Positions 30,174 through 44,848 of a DNA stretch of 64,000 bases are shown one piece after another. The notes under the pieces are model-generated. The model was not told the DNA's origin. It made no database searches and saw only the letters and a list, made by a program, of their open reading frames with translations. The position numbers and the translations under genes are program-made. The DNA comes from the human T2T-CHM13v2.0 reference genome, Homo sapiens: NCBI RefSeq assembly GCF_009914755.1, contig NC_060937.1; one strand, 5' to 3'. Positions within the stretch are counted from its first letter, which is position 1. Every line of letters begins with the position of its first letter.

Positions 30174-30256
30174 AGAAAGAAAGAAAGAAAAGGAAAGAAA
30201 AGAAAAGAAAAGAAAAGAAAAGAAAAGAAAAGAAAAGAAAAGAAAAGAAAAGAAAA
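30138..30256. repeat. Compound (GAAA)n(GAAAA)n repeat derived from the Alu tail
   Basis: ~120-bp pure purine tract. Confidence 0.96.
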
Positions 30257-30708
30257 CTAAATAGATGGTTTGTCTAATTCTGTTTGTTATTGCATCCACA
30301 GAGCCTGGGCAGTGTCGGGCAGATAGTAGTCCTTACTAAACATGGTTAATATGCAAATGGGTAAATGATTAAATGATCAGAGAGCTAAAGTATCTTGCTT
30401 TGAAACAGATATTCAGATGTTTAAGTAAAGATGAGTTGCTGTAATCCAATGAAAGTAGAGACTTTCATAGCCAAGACAGCAAAGGAGAATTGATCGAGAC
30501 CTCACTTTGTTCCCTGGTCTATGAAGTCTGAACTTCCTCAGGGCTTACACTCATAAGATCCAACTTCCGCAGCTAAAATGCTTCTCTCTTTCCCTCTCTC
30601 TCTCATTTCAAATTACTCCAGGTGCAAATACCAGTTTCCACAAGAAATAAATTCATACAAACCATTCATGACTCCATGAATTCATTCAAGCTATAGAAGA
30701 TGATGATA

Positions 30709-31330
<622 letters not shown>

Positions 31331-32047
31331 TCCTGACCTGGAGAGATGGCTCATCCAATCCAGGCTTTCCCCACCTTTCTGGCTCCACAGTTTCTACCCC
31401 TTTCCCTCTGATTTCCCTGATTAAGATTGGCAGCAACACCTACACTGTGATTACAGTTATCACCACTACATTGCTGCCAACACAGCCAGCTCCAAAATGC
31501 CCTCTTCATTTATGCAGAAAGCCTTTCCTGGCTTTGGAGCCTGTTTCCAAGCTTTTTCCCAGGCCTGGGGTGGGGAGAGAAGGGTGCCCACTCTCCTTAG
31601 GAGTAACTGGTCATTGAAATATTGCCCATCTTTTCTTTCTTTCAGATACTTTCTAGAGCAACTGTTCTGTAGCCTGAAAGCTGGGATGATGCTTCTGCCC
31701 ATTCCTATTTGTAGGATTTTTTGGAGGGATTCGCAGAAGATTTCAGGAAGGAGAATCCCTTGCATAGAATACACAGTCTGATTTTTTGGGGCCGGCAAAA
31801 CCTCTATTTATGCCGATTTTAGGGCAAAAAAATGTAATGGTTGTGTTTCTTCTCACAAAGGCAAAGGAACTGTTGATCAGAAGATACCCAACAGTAGCTA
31901 GACTGTTTACCCCAATGTAAGCATGGGGCAGGAGATTCAGGATTCTGCACCATGTTTTTCCCAAACTGTGTACTTTGAGAGCTGAAATCAACTATTTTAG
32001 GGACATTTAAATGTTTTTATAACCTGAAGTCATCTTATTTGGAGTGG

Positions 32048-32048
<1 letters not shown>

Positions 32049-32106
<58 letters not shown>

Positions 32107-32133
32107 TCCTTCCTTTCTTCCTTCCTTCTTTCT
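32049..32133. repeat. (TTTC)n/(TTCC)n microsatellite
   Basis: About 14 TTTC units, then TTCC variants. Confidence 0.97.
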
Positions 32134-34915
32134 ATAAATATGAATAAAAATAGTTAATTCCCTTTGAACATATCTGACAACGATTACTTGTTAAACATTG
32201 TATTTATGTGTTAGATACTTTAAATTCCTTAGAAGTCAAATATTAAACTAAAATCAATGCAGAATTATAACACATAGGTCAAAAAGAGATTCAAGCATAG
32301 CTGGACTGGCACTTTTTCTTCCCACTATCAAATAAGAACGCCTCCAGTTTGTGAGAGCTAACTGGAAAAAATGCATTCTTTTGTGATTAAAATAATAGCA
32401 ATTGAAACTAGCTCAGTGTTTTCCCAAAACATTAGTGACATAAAAATCACTTACAAAAAAATGAGATGGGTGGATAAAGCCTTTTTCATAAATTCGTTGA
32501 ATTCCAATCCTCATCTGTTTAATCTGGTAATAAAAACTATTTACTACAATGATCTTTATCACTCAATAGGAATAAGAAATGTATCTTTTAAAAAAATGTT
32601 ATAAAACTCTGTAACCTTGTTAAACTGTCACTAATAAACATGTTAGAAAAAACTTAAAATGAACCAAACAAGATAAAGATGTTGATTTAAAAGAAGTAAG
32701 AAGAAAAAGACCAAAGCCCATAGCTTTCAAAGTCACTCAGAATTAATGCAGAAAAATGTTGACCTCGGTCACTGCGTTGGATGGTGTTCAAGGAAGTCAA
32801 CCAAGGGGCCTAGGTAATGAGAAAAATGCTGTCAGAACCGTATGCTTGTTTACTACCTGAGGGCTAGTGGCACCAACTAACAGTTACTGAATAAAGGCCT
32901 CTCTAACCTGCTCCTGCTGAAGGAACTGGCGGCTGTGCCTTCAGTTGTACCTATAGGTACTGAACTCAGCCTCCACCAGGCCTCCATAAAATGAAGCTAC
33001 TTTAATTGACAAGAAATAATTTCTTTCTATTCTATGATACTCATCTCTTGCAGCAATTTGTTTGCTAATATGCCAGCAATCGATAGATGATGGCAAAGAA
33101 GAAATTTGTTTTTGAAAGCACTCTTCATTAAATCATACTGGCCCCACTCCCTGCAACTGTAGTTTGCTTCATTATTCAATAACACTCTCAGACCCCATGT
33201 GTGTGGCTCTCATTATTACAGATCATTTTTCCTTAGGATGTGTGATTTAATTTTAATGCCTGAATCAAAATCAAAATCCTCTGCTATTTAGACACTCTCT
33301 AGCGTAATAAGAACGCGAGGTTTATTTCACCTTTGTGCTTGGGAATGTTTTGTTCTGTTTCTAAATTATGATAAAAACCAATATGAACAAAAGGACAGTG
33401 AAAATGTGGTATAAAGTTTTCCTTCCTTAGATAAATATGTGATTCAATCTCCTCCTGAAACAATGCTGTTCCTTCTAGGTACAGCTTCCTCGTTCTTGGT
33501 TGATGCAATCATTTAACAAAGTTTTAGTTTGAAAGGTATAGTTAGACCTCTGAGCCATTTCCTTTTGGAATATTTCACATGCTTTGCTGTTCAAAACTAG
33601 CGTGTTTTTTGTCATCGCTCTTTTAATTCCTGGATTGCTCATGCACACAGTACCCTCTTTCATTGCTGGTCTCTTCAGAACGCTAGCAAAAATTAAAGCA
33701 TTTCCCATGCTGGATAATTTCCAAGACAAGCCATGATCTAATAGAACAAATTATTTTCTTTGTTTCCACTCGGAAGCTAGTAAGTGAAAAGCCATCTTTC
33801 CAGCCCACCTTCTGAAGATGCAGTCTCTGGCAGGTGGAATGGCTTTGACCCTGTGGCAGTTGTGGCCCAATTCCCCCGTCCCCTAGAGGGCCCACACGTG
33901 CCACCGTATGGTAGAGCCTGTTTATTCATCTCTGAGGAAGTTGTTAAATTAGTGTTTAATGAAGGGCCTAGTGAAAGCATTCCTCATTTCACAAAATTTA
34001 AATTTCAAATATGCGTTTGGAGATGGGGTGAAAGTATCAGCTCAAAATACTACCACAAGGCAAAAAGGAAAAGTGTTTAAAATCAAGCAAGAAATACTTA
34101 CATTTTGAAAATAACAGTGTATTATGGGTTCCTTATTTCACACCTATGTGCCAAAAGTTGATGCTTCTCTTCTTTTTAAGGAATACCTCTCACTACACGT
34201 GGAAAAAAAAAATAATGCTGAGTTGTTTCATATCAGCTCCTGAGTCATCCCAGGAGTAGTTTTTCTGTTGTGTCTGACACTCCTCCAGCCTCAACATCTC
34301 TTCCTAACCTGTAGGCCCACCCAGGAGCCCAGGACATGGGCCTTTGGTGGGCTGCTGCTTCCTGGCCTTGGGCACTGGGCGAGATGGAGAGGGAGACTGC
34401 CCTTGTTTTCCTCCCCTTTATTTATTCCTGCAGAGTCATCCCAAGAAACTATGCAGGATGATCAGATTTTACTTTAGAAAGTAAAAGGATTTATTAAAAA
34501 AAAAAAAGAACCAGCTTATTCCATGCTATGTACTACTTTTCACAGCGATGCAGGAGAAAGTGTCTATGGAGAAACACCCCTCAAATGCAATATGTTCCTG
34601 GAAATCCCCAGTTCCTGACCTCACTCCCATGTCCTCTGCCAATCATAGGATGCTCAATTCACTGTTTTTGGAAGCCCACTAGGTGCTCCAAACTCGAAAT
34701 TCTCCCATTTCCTGAGTCCCCACTGGTGTGAGATGTTACATCTAGATCTACCCAGAGGGTTTTGGCAAGACTGCTTTTAACATTTCAAATTCTGGAGAAG
34801 TGCAGAAGGGGTATTTGGCCCCTTAGTTCCTCAAAATAGTCCAGAGTCAGTGTGGCTCCACTACAAGTCCTCTTTCAGTGTGTGTATTACTGGCTCACAT
34901 TTTTGAATTGTGCCT

Positions 34916-37244
34916 TGATATGGTTTGGCTCTGTGTCCCTACCCAAATCTCACATCAAATTGTAATCGCCACATGTCAGGGGAAGGACTTGTTGGGAGGT
35001 GATTGAATTATGGGGGCAGATTTTCCTCTTGCTGTTCTCATGATAGTGAATTAGTTCTCACAAGATCTGTTGGTTTAAAAGTGTGTGTCACATCCCCTTT
35101 GCTCTCTCTCTCTCTTGCTACCACAGGAAGAAGGTCTTTGCTTCCCCTTTGCCTTCCATCATGATTTTAAGTTTCTTGAGACCTCTCAGTCATGCTTTCT
35201 GTTAAGCCTGTGGAACTGTGAGTTAAATAAAACTCTTTTCTTCATAAATAACTCCATATCAGGTAGTTCTTTTATAGCAGTGTGAGAACAGATTAATACA
35301 AAAAATTGGTACCAAAAGAATGGGGCACTGCTATAAAGATAGCTGAAAATATGGAAGCAACTTTGGAACTAGGTAACAGGCAGAAGTTTGAACAGTTTGG
35401 AGGACTCAGAATAAGACGGGAAAATGTAGGAACATTTGGAACTTCCTAGAGACTTGTTGATTATTTTGAGCAAAATGCTGATAGTGATATGAACAATGAA
35501 GTCCAGGCTGAGGTGGTCTCAAATGGAGAAAAGGAATTTATTGGGAAGTAGACTAAACGTCACTTTTGCTATGATTTAGCAAAGAGACTGGTGGCATTTT
35601 ACCCTGCTCAAGAGATCTGTGACATTTTGAACTTGAGAGAGATGATTTAGGGTATTTGGCAGAAGAAATTTCTAAGCAGCAAAGCATTCAAGAAATGGCC
35701 TGGCTGTTTCTAAAACTCTATGCTCTTTTGCATGAACAAAGAGATTATCTGAAACCGAAATGTATATTTGAAAGAAAGCCAGAGTGTAAAAGTTTGGAAA
35801 ATTTGCAACCTGACCATGTGGTAGAAAAGAAAAACCCATTTTCTGGGGAGAAATTCAAGCCTGCTGCAGAAATTTGCATAAGTAAAGAGGATCCAAATGT
35901 TGATAGCGAAGAAAATAGGAAAAATACCTCCAGGGCATTTCAAAGACTCTCATGGCAGCCCCTCCCATCACAGGCCTGTAGGCCTCAGCGGGAAAAATGG
36001 TTTTGTTGATTGAACCCAGAGACCAGCTGCTTTGTGCAGCCTTGGGACATGGTGCCCTGCATTCCAGCCACTCCAGCTCCAGCCATGGCTAAAAAGGGCC
36101 AAGATACAGCTTGGGCCATAGCTTCAGAGAGTGCAAAACCCAAGCCTTGGTGGCTTCCATGTGATGTTGGGCCTGTGGATGCATAGAAGGCAAGAGCTGA
36201 AGCTTGTAAACTTCCATCTAGAATTCAGAGGATATATGGAAATGCCTGGATGTCCAGAAAGAAGTCTGCTGTAGTGGCAGAGCCATCATGGAGAACCTCT
36301 ACTAGGGCAGTGCAGTGGGAAAATGTGGGGTTGGAGCACCCACACAGAATCACCACTGGGGCCCTGCCTAGTGGAGCTGTGAGAAGAGGGCCGCCATCCT
36401 CTAGACCCCAGAAAGATAGATCCACTGACAGCCTGCAGAGCCAGAGACAGGGAGCTGCCTAAGATCATGGGAACCCACCTCTTGCATCAATATGACCTGG
36501 ATGTGAGACATGGAGTCAAAGGAGATTATTTCAGAGCTTCAAAATTTAATGACTGCCTTACTGGGTTTCAGACTTGCATGGAGACTGTAGACCCACTGTT
36601 TTGACCAATTTCCCTATTTTGGAATGGGAGCATTTACCCAATGCCTCTACCCCCATTGTATCTTTGAAGTAACTAAGTTGTTTTTTATTTTATAGGCTCA
36701 CAGATGAATGGGACTTGCCTGTTTCAGATGACACTTTGGATTTGGACTTTTGAGTTAATTCTAGAATGAGTTAAGACTTTGAGGGACTATTGGGAAGGCA
36801 TGATTCGTTTTGAAATGTGAGAAGGACATGAGATTTGGGAAGGGCTGGGGCAGAATGACATAATTTGGCTCTGTGTCCCCACCCAAATCTTATGTCAAAT
36901 TGTAATCGCCATGTGTCAGAGAGAGATCTCTTGGGAAGTGATTGGATCATGGGGACAGATTTCTTCCTGGCTGTTCTCATGATAGTGAGGGTTCTCATTC
37001 TCACAAGATCTAATGGTTTTTTTAAACGTGTGTTGCACTTCCCCCTTCACCTCTCTCTCCTGACACCATGTGAAGAAGATCCTTGCTTCCCCTTTGTCTA
37101 ACACCATGATGGTAAGCTTCCTGAGGCCTCCCAGTCATGCTTCCTGTTAAGCCTGTGGAACTGTAAGTCAATTAAACCTCTTTTCCTCATAAATTACCCA
37201 GTCTCAGGTAGTTCCTTATAGCAGTGTGAAAATGGACTAAGACA
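34916..37244 (+). mobile_element. Complete MaLR provirus, THE1D/MSTA-like (LTR 34916-35300, internal 35301-36855, LTR 36856-37244)
   Basis: Two direct TG..CA LTRs, MaLR-int motifs (GAAATTTCTAAGCAGCAAAGCATTCAAGA), purine tract before the 3' LTR, TSD TGCCT/TGTCT. Confidence 0.93.
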
Positions 37245-37289
37245 TGTCTGATGTGTAATTGTTGAATAAGAAATGGGTGTGCATGCATG

Positions 37290-37312
37290 CACACACACAC
37301 ACACACACACAC
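37290..37312. repeat. (CA)n microsatellite
   Basis: About 11 CA units. Confidence 0.92.
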
Positions 37313-37559
37313 CTGTGTCAAATGAAAAAATGAAATCTGTAGCATGCAGACTGCCTAAAATGCTTGAAAAAATAGAAAGATTTTCCCAAAGCCAGCACAA
37401 CTTGAAAATTTCCTGAAGTTAACCCATCAAACTTAATTCCTTCTGATTTCCTCTGGACCCTTTCGAATGGGAACTTCTCGGTTCTTCTAAAATTATATGG
37501 GCCCAATTGCTGAGCCGTATATTTCTCAGGGACTAGTATATTATCTAAAAATTCAGCAG

Positions 37560-37564
<5 letters not shown>

Positions 37565-37637
<73 letters not shown>

Positions 37638-37648
37638 TGTGTGTGTGT
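37565..37648. repeat. Compound (TA)n(TG)n microsatellite
   Basis: About 16 TA units followed by about 24 TG units with one interruption. Confidence 0.97.
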
Positions 37649-40600
37649 TTGTGCAGTATGGTGTTTGTATATAATTATTACTTGTAAAAACAAAATTAAA
37701 TTATTACATATGGTTTCCTCCAGCTTTGGATCACTTCAAAGAGTATTAATGAATGGTTAATGCATTAGCAAAGTGATTCTGACTTTTGACAAACTAAAAA
37801 TGGTATTCAGCTAAATCTTTCAAAATGAGTGGTTTAAGAAAGGTTTTCACAACTAAAAATATTTTTAATGTAAGACTTGAGTAGTTCTTAAGGAATTGTT
37901 TAGATGAGCTCAAATGCATGCCGTTAAAACAATGGAATGTTGCAATCACAAATCTAACATTGTAGGAGAGAGAAAAAAAGCCAACCACCAGAAAATTCCA
38001 AAATATTTCAGTTAGGATAATTAATCCAAATTCTGTTTAGACCTAGTGTTAATCTACTCATGAAAACAGCTTATTAAATGGAATTCAACCATCACAATAA
38101 AGAAATCATTGTGCAATTAATTACTCGTAGATTTTGTGGTGAAAATTTCACTTATGAAAGAAACAACATTTGCTATAATGAAGCTAAAAGATAATTAAAA
38201 TCAACTGGCATAGAGGGCCACCGTGCCATACTGTTTTCTCAAATAACTTGAACCATAATTAAATATTTAGGTGTGATATTTTAATTGTTGACATTGATTT
38301 ATAAATAGTATTATAATGTGTGGGAAATCTGTGCTGCTTATTCAGCTTTCTTCATTGGTTGTATTTTTAAAAGTTCAACTGTTGTGACTGGCTATACAGA
38401 GCAAGAGTTAAATGTTGCCCCAAATGAAAGTTTAATTAGAAATATTCTAACCTGTTGATAATATATTCTGAGTCCCAAATGCAAGTCACTTTTATTCAGC
38501 GAAAGATACTTTATACACCATGTCATTCCATTCTAAGTATTAGAAACAAGACTTCTTTTCTGTCTCTTAGTGATGGGTCAAAAAATAATATGAGTGTTAT
38601 TTAATCCTATTTTTTAAAAAATTAAAAAATTGGCCCCTCATTGCTAGAAGAGGTTGTATATATACTGACTAAAGACATTGACTGTAGCTTTACAGACTAA
38701 AACTTTATGGTATCAAGCTCTCTTGATGTGTTTTTTCATGATGCAGTTAATTGGAGGGTGGCAGTTAGTTTTGGATTAAGAATACTTTAAACCTACCTGA
38801 CACTGGTTTCTATAATTTACAATAATATCAGTTTTGATTCTCACTTCCAAGTTTCCATTTTTATTGATGACTGACTTGTTCTTTGTTTGATAAAATGAAT
38901 TTGTACATTTGACCTAAAATAGACACATTTTTGTTCTTTCAAATGAGAGTAACGTTTTATTTTTTCTGCAATATTTATCTATGGATATATTGCCATTTAT
39001 TGTCCTTTTATACTTCAGTTACCTGAAGTTGATATTTCTAAACAAATGTATAAGCCACAACACAGATTATCAAGTCCCTTCTTTTTTGTATATGAATTTG
39101 CATGTTATATATATCTTATTTATTATATATGCATGATTATATATATTTATAATGATATAGTCACACTTATGAGAAACAGAAAATAAATCACCTAGTATAG
39201 AAATTACACATAGCTCCAGTATTAATATTGTAGTATTTACATATATATGTTTACTGTTATAAATTTAGGTATAGCAAAGTTATAAGTAGCAATATAATGG
39301 ATATCTACATTATTATATTAATCGGTATGAACAAATCAGGCCATGCGTATCCCTCCCATTCTATTGTGCTCACATTTTAAGATTATTATTCAAAAAAGGT
39401 TTATTAATGTGAAAAGTAAACATACTACTCTCAAACCTTTCTGAAACTTCTGAATTAAAGCTATTTACTTGCTCTGGGACTTTAAGATATATATTCTATT
39501 AAATACATGTAGTTTATAATATCCAACCTCATTATTTTTATAACTAGAGATGACCTGGTGGACTTAAAAAGTGAAAAGGATATAATAAAAAAACATTAGA
39601 GACCAACAAGCCATGTTTGAACTTGACATTTGCGTGTTTTCTATTCACAGTACCTGGATCTTTGTGTGTCTATAACAGAAGAATATGACTGGGCTTGGAT
39701 ATATGTAGGATGGTTAACAAAAAAAGAAGAATGAAGAACAAGAAATTTTTAGGGACACTCATGCGGTTTTTTAGTGGTGTAGTCTGAGCCCTCTGCCTCT
39801 GTATACACATCAATTGAGCAAAACAACCTGTCTTCCCAAAACATGTTAGTGAAATACTGCAAAAAAAAAAAAAGGCCTTCACTAATTTAGCACGTTGAAT
39901 ACTATCCACAGTTGATAAACGAAAGGGCTAGATTAACAATCTCGTTGCTTTTCTTTTCTGTAAACTACATTTGACTACATTGTAAACTACTATTTCCAAC
40001 TAACTTAATCCAAATCTTTTATAAGGAACTATAAAGACAAATTTCCTCAAGAGTTTAGTCCCAGAGAAATCTGACCTCTCTTAACATAAAAGACCTATTT
40101 TGTATTAAGTAACAATAACAACATATAGTATAAAATCATTTTTTTGGTCTTTTTCCCTCGGATAAAAGGAGTCTCTGAGATAAATTTGATATTGTGTTGA
40201 ATAATAATAGTACAGGTGAATATTATTTTTCCCTTCACCTTGATCACACATTTTAACATTATTATTTTAACTTTGAGATCCTTCTATTATTCAGATATAA
40301 AACATAAGAAACTATGGTTTCCATTTAGAACCCTTTTCCTGCTGCTAAGATTTTTTTTTTTTGTAAAAGGAGTCAGATGATGGAGATCTATCTGTTATTC
40401 AGAAACACATAGCAAAATTAATATGAAATTGTGGTCGGACTGAATGATTTTATTCCTTAATGGTTAGCTGTAATGCAATGTAATATAAAAATGTTAACAA
40501 TTGAGAAAACACATATAAATAAAGTGACATGGCAGGATGCACAAAAGAAGGCGTCAGAACTAATGATCCTTCTTCACGTACTGAAATCATTAACCATTCC

Positions 40601-41136
40601 CTTTTTCCGTCTCTCTTTCTTGGGCGCTCTGTCTTATCCTCTCTTTCTTCCAGTCCTTATCATAAGACTTATCATATAAAGTACCTCTTTACAGACCGTA
40701 TAAATTTTATAGCCTATATTGAGTTCAATACAAGGACATTTAACTATCCACTTAGCTCATCTGAGGCTTTGAGGGAGGAGGCGAGGGCCTTGAACTCTCG
40801 GTGTTTCATTCTTGCAAGCCTTTGTCGGGGCTTTCAGGATACATCATATCTGTAAGGCAACACCCTGTCCACGTTTCTGCACATCATTTGTGTACAAGAC
40901 TCAGAACTGCCACTTCACATCACAGTACACTGATTTTTAATGTTCTTCTAATTTAGGCAAAGATGTAGAAATCTTAGCTCAGTTAGGCTGCATGCTGACC
41001 TGTGTTTGAACTTCCTCCCAGCTGCTCCTGGGTTCTTACCAACATTGTTTTAAGCTATACAATTTGGATGAAGCAATTTCAAAAAAAAATTTTAAGAGGT
41101 TTATGACTTTTTTTAAAAAAGTGTTTTCAAGAAAAA

Positions 41137-41225
41137 CAGCAAACCACCATGGCACGTGTATACCTATGTAACAAACCTGCACGATCTGCAAATGTACCCC
41201 AGAACTTAAAGTATAATTAAAAAAT
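41137..41225 (+). mobile_element. Very short L1PA 3' terminal fragment
   Basis: CAGCAAACCACCATGGCACGTGTATACCTATGTAACAAACCTGCAC..CCCAGAACTTAAAGTATAA. Confidence 0.88.
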
Positions 41226-44160
41226 CAATAATAGATATGAAATTGAGAAATGACAGTTATGCTGCTGGATTCAGGCAGACACGTATTTTCGCTCCCCGGT
41301 CTTATTTGGTCTTTAGAAATATTGCTATTATATCTTCCGCTACAACACTGCAGTTAGGTGTTCCTTTTGTAGACTGCACTGAGTTGGGTGCACCTACTTT
41401 GAAGAGCACAGATATGTCACAACCGTGCTAGCCAGGTGTTTTGTGGGATTTGAGGAGTGAAGAAGTGAATTATTTTAGGAAAGTAGGCAATACAGTGCCC
41501 AGGCATAGGTGTATGCAAAGAGATAATCCAGGAATTTTACAACTGAAAAGTTCAGTACAGTTGCAGTAATCGCTTTTAATAGAGATTGAAACACAGGGTT
41601 GTGGGGGAGATACAACATATAGAAAGCATTTAGGATATATAGGAACAAAAAACAGAGTGACAAATGCTTTGAACTTTGTTGTGTCTCTGTTAATTATAAC
41701 AACTATACATATACTAAATGTGGCAATTTTCCTCACTACTGTGTCACCTTTCAAAACAATTTGGTAGAGCAAGGCAGAATGAAAGTGCTCCTAAGACAAA
41801 ACAATTCTACTCTGTATGTAAAATTTATATTATAGGAAGTTTTATAATTTGAAAAATGCATCCACTCTTAAATTCTACTCTGTAGCTTGAAAGTAGTAAA
41901 AAGCTAAATTGAAAATTTATCTTTCAATTGTTGTCTTCTGAAAGATATGCCATATAGCTTTGGTTCATCTCCTGCAATACATTTAAATTAACAAGGGTTT
42001 GAATAAAGATTATTATATGACGGTGCCTAAGATGAGAAAACAAAATCACTCAAAAGTACTGTATTCTCCTGCAAAAAGTAATGGCACTAATAACACAGCA
42101 TATTTCTTTTTCTTTTTTTGTGCCTTTTTCTGAAATAATTTTTTTAAGTCAGACATCTTTTCATTTGCAATATGTAAATTTGTTGTGTCTGACTTATAAC
42201 TTTGAAAAAATCTTTTAAATTTTATATTTTTTATATGTTAAAGTTATATTTAACAAAATCAAAGTGTTCAATGAGTTTTCATGATTGAATATCGCTGTGA
42301 AAACACTGTCCAAAGCAAATTGAGAACATGTGTATTACCTAGAACGTTGCCTTGGGCCCCTGAGTCAGGCTCCCACTGCCCACACCATTCTGATTTCTAT
42401 CACCCCAGATTGGTTTTGTTTGTTCTGGAACATCATAAAAATAGATTCACAGACTGTATGTATAAATGTATAAATGCAAAATATGCATATGTGTATATGT
42501 ATATATATGTGAATATACATGTGTATATACATACACATATATGTGTATATGTGTATACATATATACATATACACATATATTTTTGTATCCAGCTTTTTTG
42601 CTCAACATAATGATTATGAAAATCATTCACATTTTTAATGTATTCACAGTTATTTTTTAATTGCTTAGTGATATTTCATTATGTAAATATAAGATATTCA
42701 ATTACTCATTCATATATTGGTGAACACTAGTGTTGTTTCTAGTCTAGGGCTTATATGAATGAGACTACAATGACTGTTCCTGTATGGTCATATTTTAGGA
42801 CCAATGTTTTTATTTTTATGGGGTAAATACCTACTAGAGGAATCATTGGGTCAGAAAGTGGGAGTATGTTTAACTTTAGATGAAACTGCAAAGAGTTCTC
42901 CAAAGATTTTTTTTTCTAGGCCCATAAGAAATGTAAATAAATACCAAAAACTCTTTCTTCCCACTGCCACGTATTATTGTCAATTTTTTTAACTTTGGTA
43001 ATTCTATTTATTGAGAAATTATATTTTATTTAGATTAAGCTTACCTTCCCCGTAAGATAAAGATGTTGAGCATTTATTTCTTTAGATGCTAATTGACCAC
43101 TGACATATCTTCTTTTTCAGGTTGTCTACTCAAGTCTTTTCCCCATTTTCAATTTGGCCGTTGTTTTTATATATTTCCTTCAAATATTCTGAATGCAAAC
43201 TTTGCAGCTGTTTTCACCGAGTTCATGGTTTGCCAATAATTTTAATAATATTTTATCATAAGCAGAACATTTTAATTTGATAAAGTTTTATTAATCAATC
43301 CTTATACAGTTATTACTTTTAGTGAACACTCCAAAAATCTCTGCCTACCTAAAGGTCACGAAAATATCCACCTATGCTTACATCTAGTTGGCTTACAGCT
43401 TTATATTTTACATTTATGTCTGTGATTCACCTCAGATAAATTTATAAGTAAGGAGAATGGTAATTTTTTTTTCATGTTCAGTTATTCTAGCATTGTTTAT
43501 TGAAAAGACATTCCTTTCTCATTAAATTATTAGGGAGCGTTTTCAAAAACAGATGTCCATATGGTGTTTATTCTCAGAGATATTTTAGCTTTTAGTGTAA
43601 AGGTCTTACATGTCTTTTTTTCCCTAAAATTCTGTTTTTATACTTCTTGTCCTGTTGATTGCTTTTCATATTTAGAAATCGTGATGTTTTTTCTCTGTAG
43701 ACCTTGGATCAACTAACCCCAGTAAATTTATTTATTAGTCACTAAGATTATTTATATTTAGATTTCTTAAAACTTTTGCCTAAGTAATCACATCAATTGT
43801 GAATAGTTTTATTTTTTTCCTTTCAAAATTTACATATTTGCTTACTTATACCAAAGCACAGTGGGTAAGACCTGTGTTACATTGTTGAATAGAAGTGGTG
43901 ACCGTGGAAATTCTTGTCGTGTTATTACTCTTAGGGGAGAGTGTTCAATTATTTCACTGTTAAATATGGTGCTAAATATAGATGTATTGTAGACGTCCAT
44001 AGATTGAATGAAGTTCCTGCTGTATGTGAGTTGCTGAAAGAATTTATCATGAATATATATATATATTTTTTTCCAAAATGTTTCTTCAGTATGTATTAAG
44101 ATGGTCACGTATATTTTTACATGATCATCTTAGTACATACTGAAAAAACATTTTAGAAAA

Positions 44161-44848
44161 TTATTAAAAAGTCAGGAAACAACAGATGCTGGAGAGGATG
44201 TGGAGAAATAGGAACACTTTTACACTGTTGGTGGGACTGTAAACTAGTTCAACCATTGTGGAAGACAGTGTGGCGATTCCTCAAGGATCTAGAACTAGAA
44301 ATACCATTTGACCCAGCCATCCCATTACTGGGTATATACCCAAAGGATTATAAATCATGCTGCTATAAAGACACATGCACACGTATGTTTATTGTGGCAC
44401 TATTCACAAGAGCAAAGCCTTGCAACCAACCCAAATGTCCATCAATGGTAGACTGGATTAAGAAAATGTGGCACATATACACCATGGAATACTATGTAGC
44501 CATAAAAAAGGATGAGTCCATGTCCTTTGTAGGGACATGGATGAAGCTGGAAACCGTCATTCTCAGCAAACTATCACAAGAACAAAAAACCAAACACCGC
44601 ATGTTCTCACTCATAGGTGGGAATTGAACCATGAGAACACTTGGACACAGGAAGGGGAACATCACACATCACACATCACACACCGGGGACTGTTGTGGGG
44701 TGGGGGACGGGGGAGGGATAGCATTAGGAGATATACCTAATGTAAATGACAAGTTGATGGGTGCAGCACACCAACATGGCACATGTATCATATGTAACAA
44801 ACCCACACATTGTGCACATGTACCCTAGAACTTATAATTTAAAAAAAA
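44161..44848 (+). mobile_element. 5'-truncated L1PA4/5-like 3' end
   Basis: ORF2 C-terminal peptide (44256-44627) and 3'UTR AATGTAAATGAC..ACCCTAGAACTTA; ~22-bp TSD at 44098 and 44847. Confidence 0.93.

Larger units (their letters stand above)
28870..30380 (+). mobile_element. L2 3' region interrupted by two Alus
   Basis: CTTGCTTCTGGTCTTGCC, CCTTCCAATGGCTTCCC, TCAGGTCTCAACTCCAATGTC, CAGTGTCGGGCAGATAGTAG. Confidence 0.7.

Noticed and set aside
44659-44682. ACATCAC triplication in the L1 3'UTR, and a 9-bp duplication at ~16072
   Set aside because: Ordinary slippage micro-duplications.
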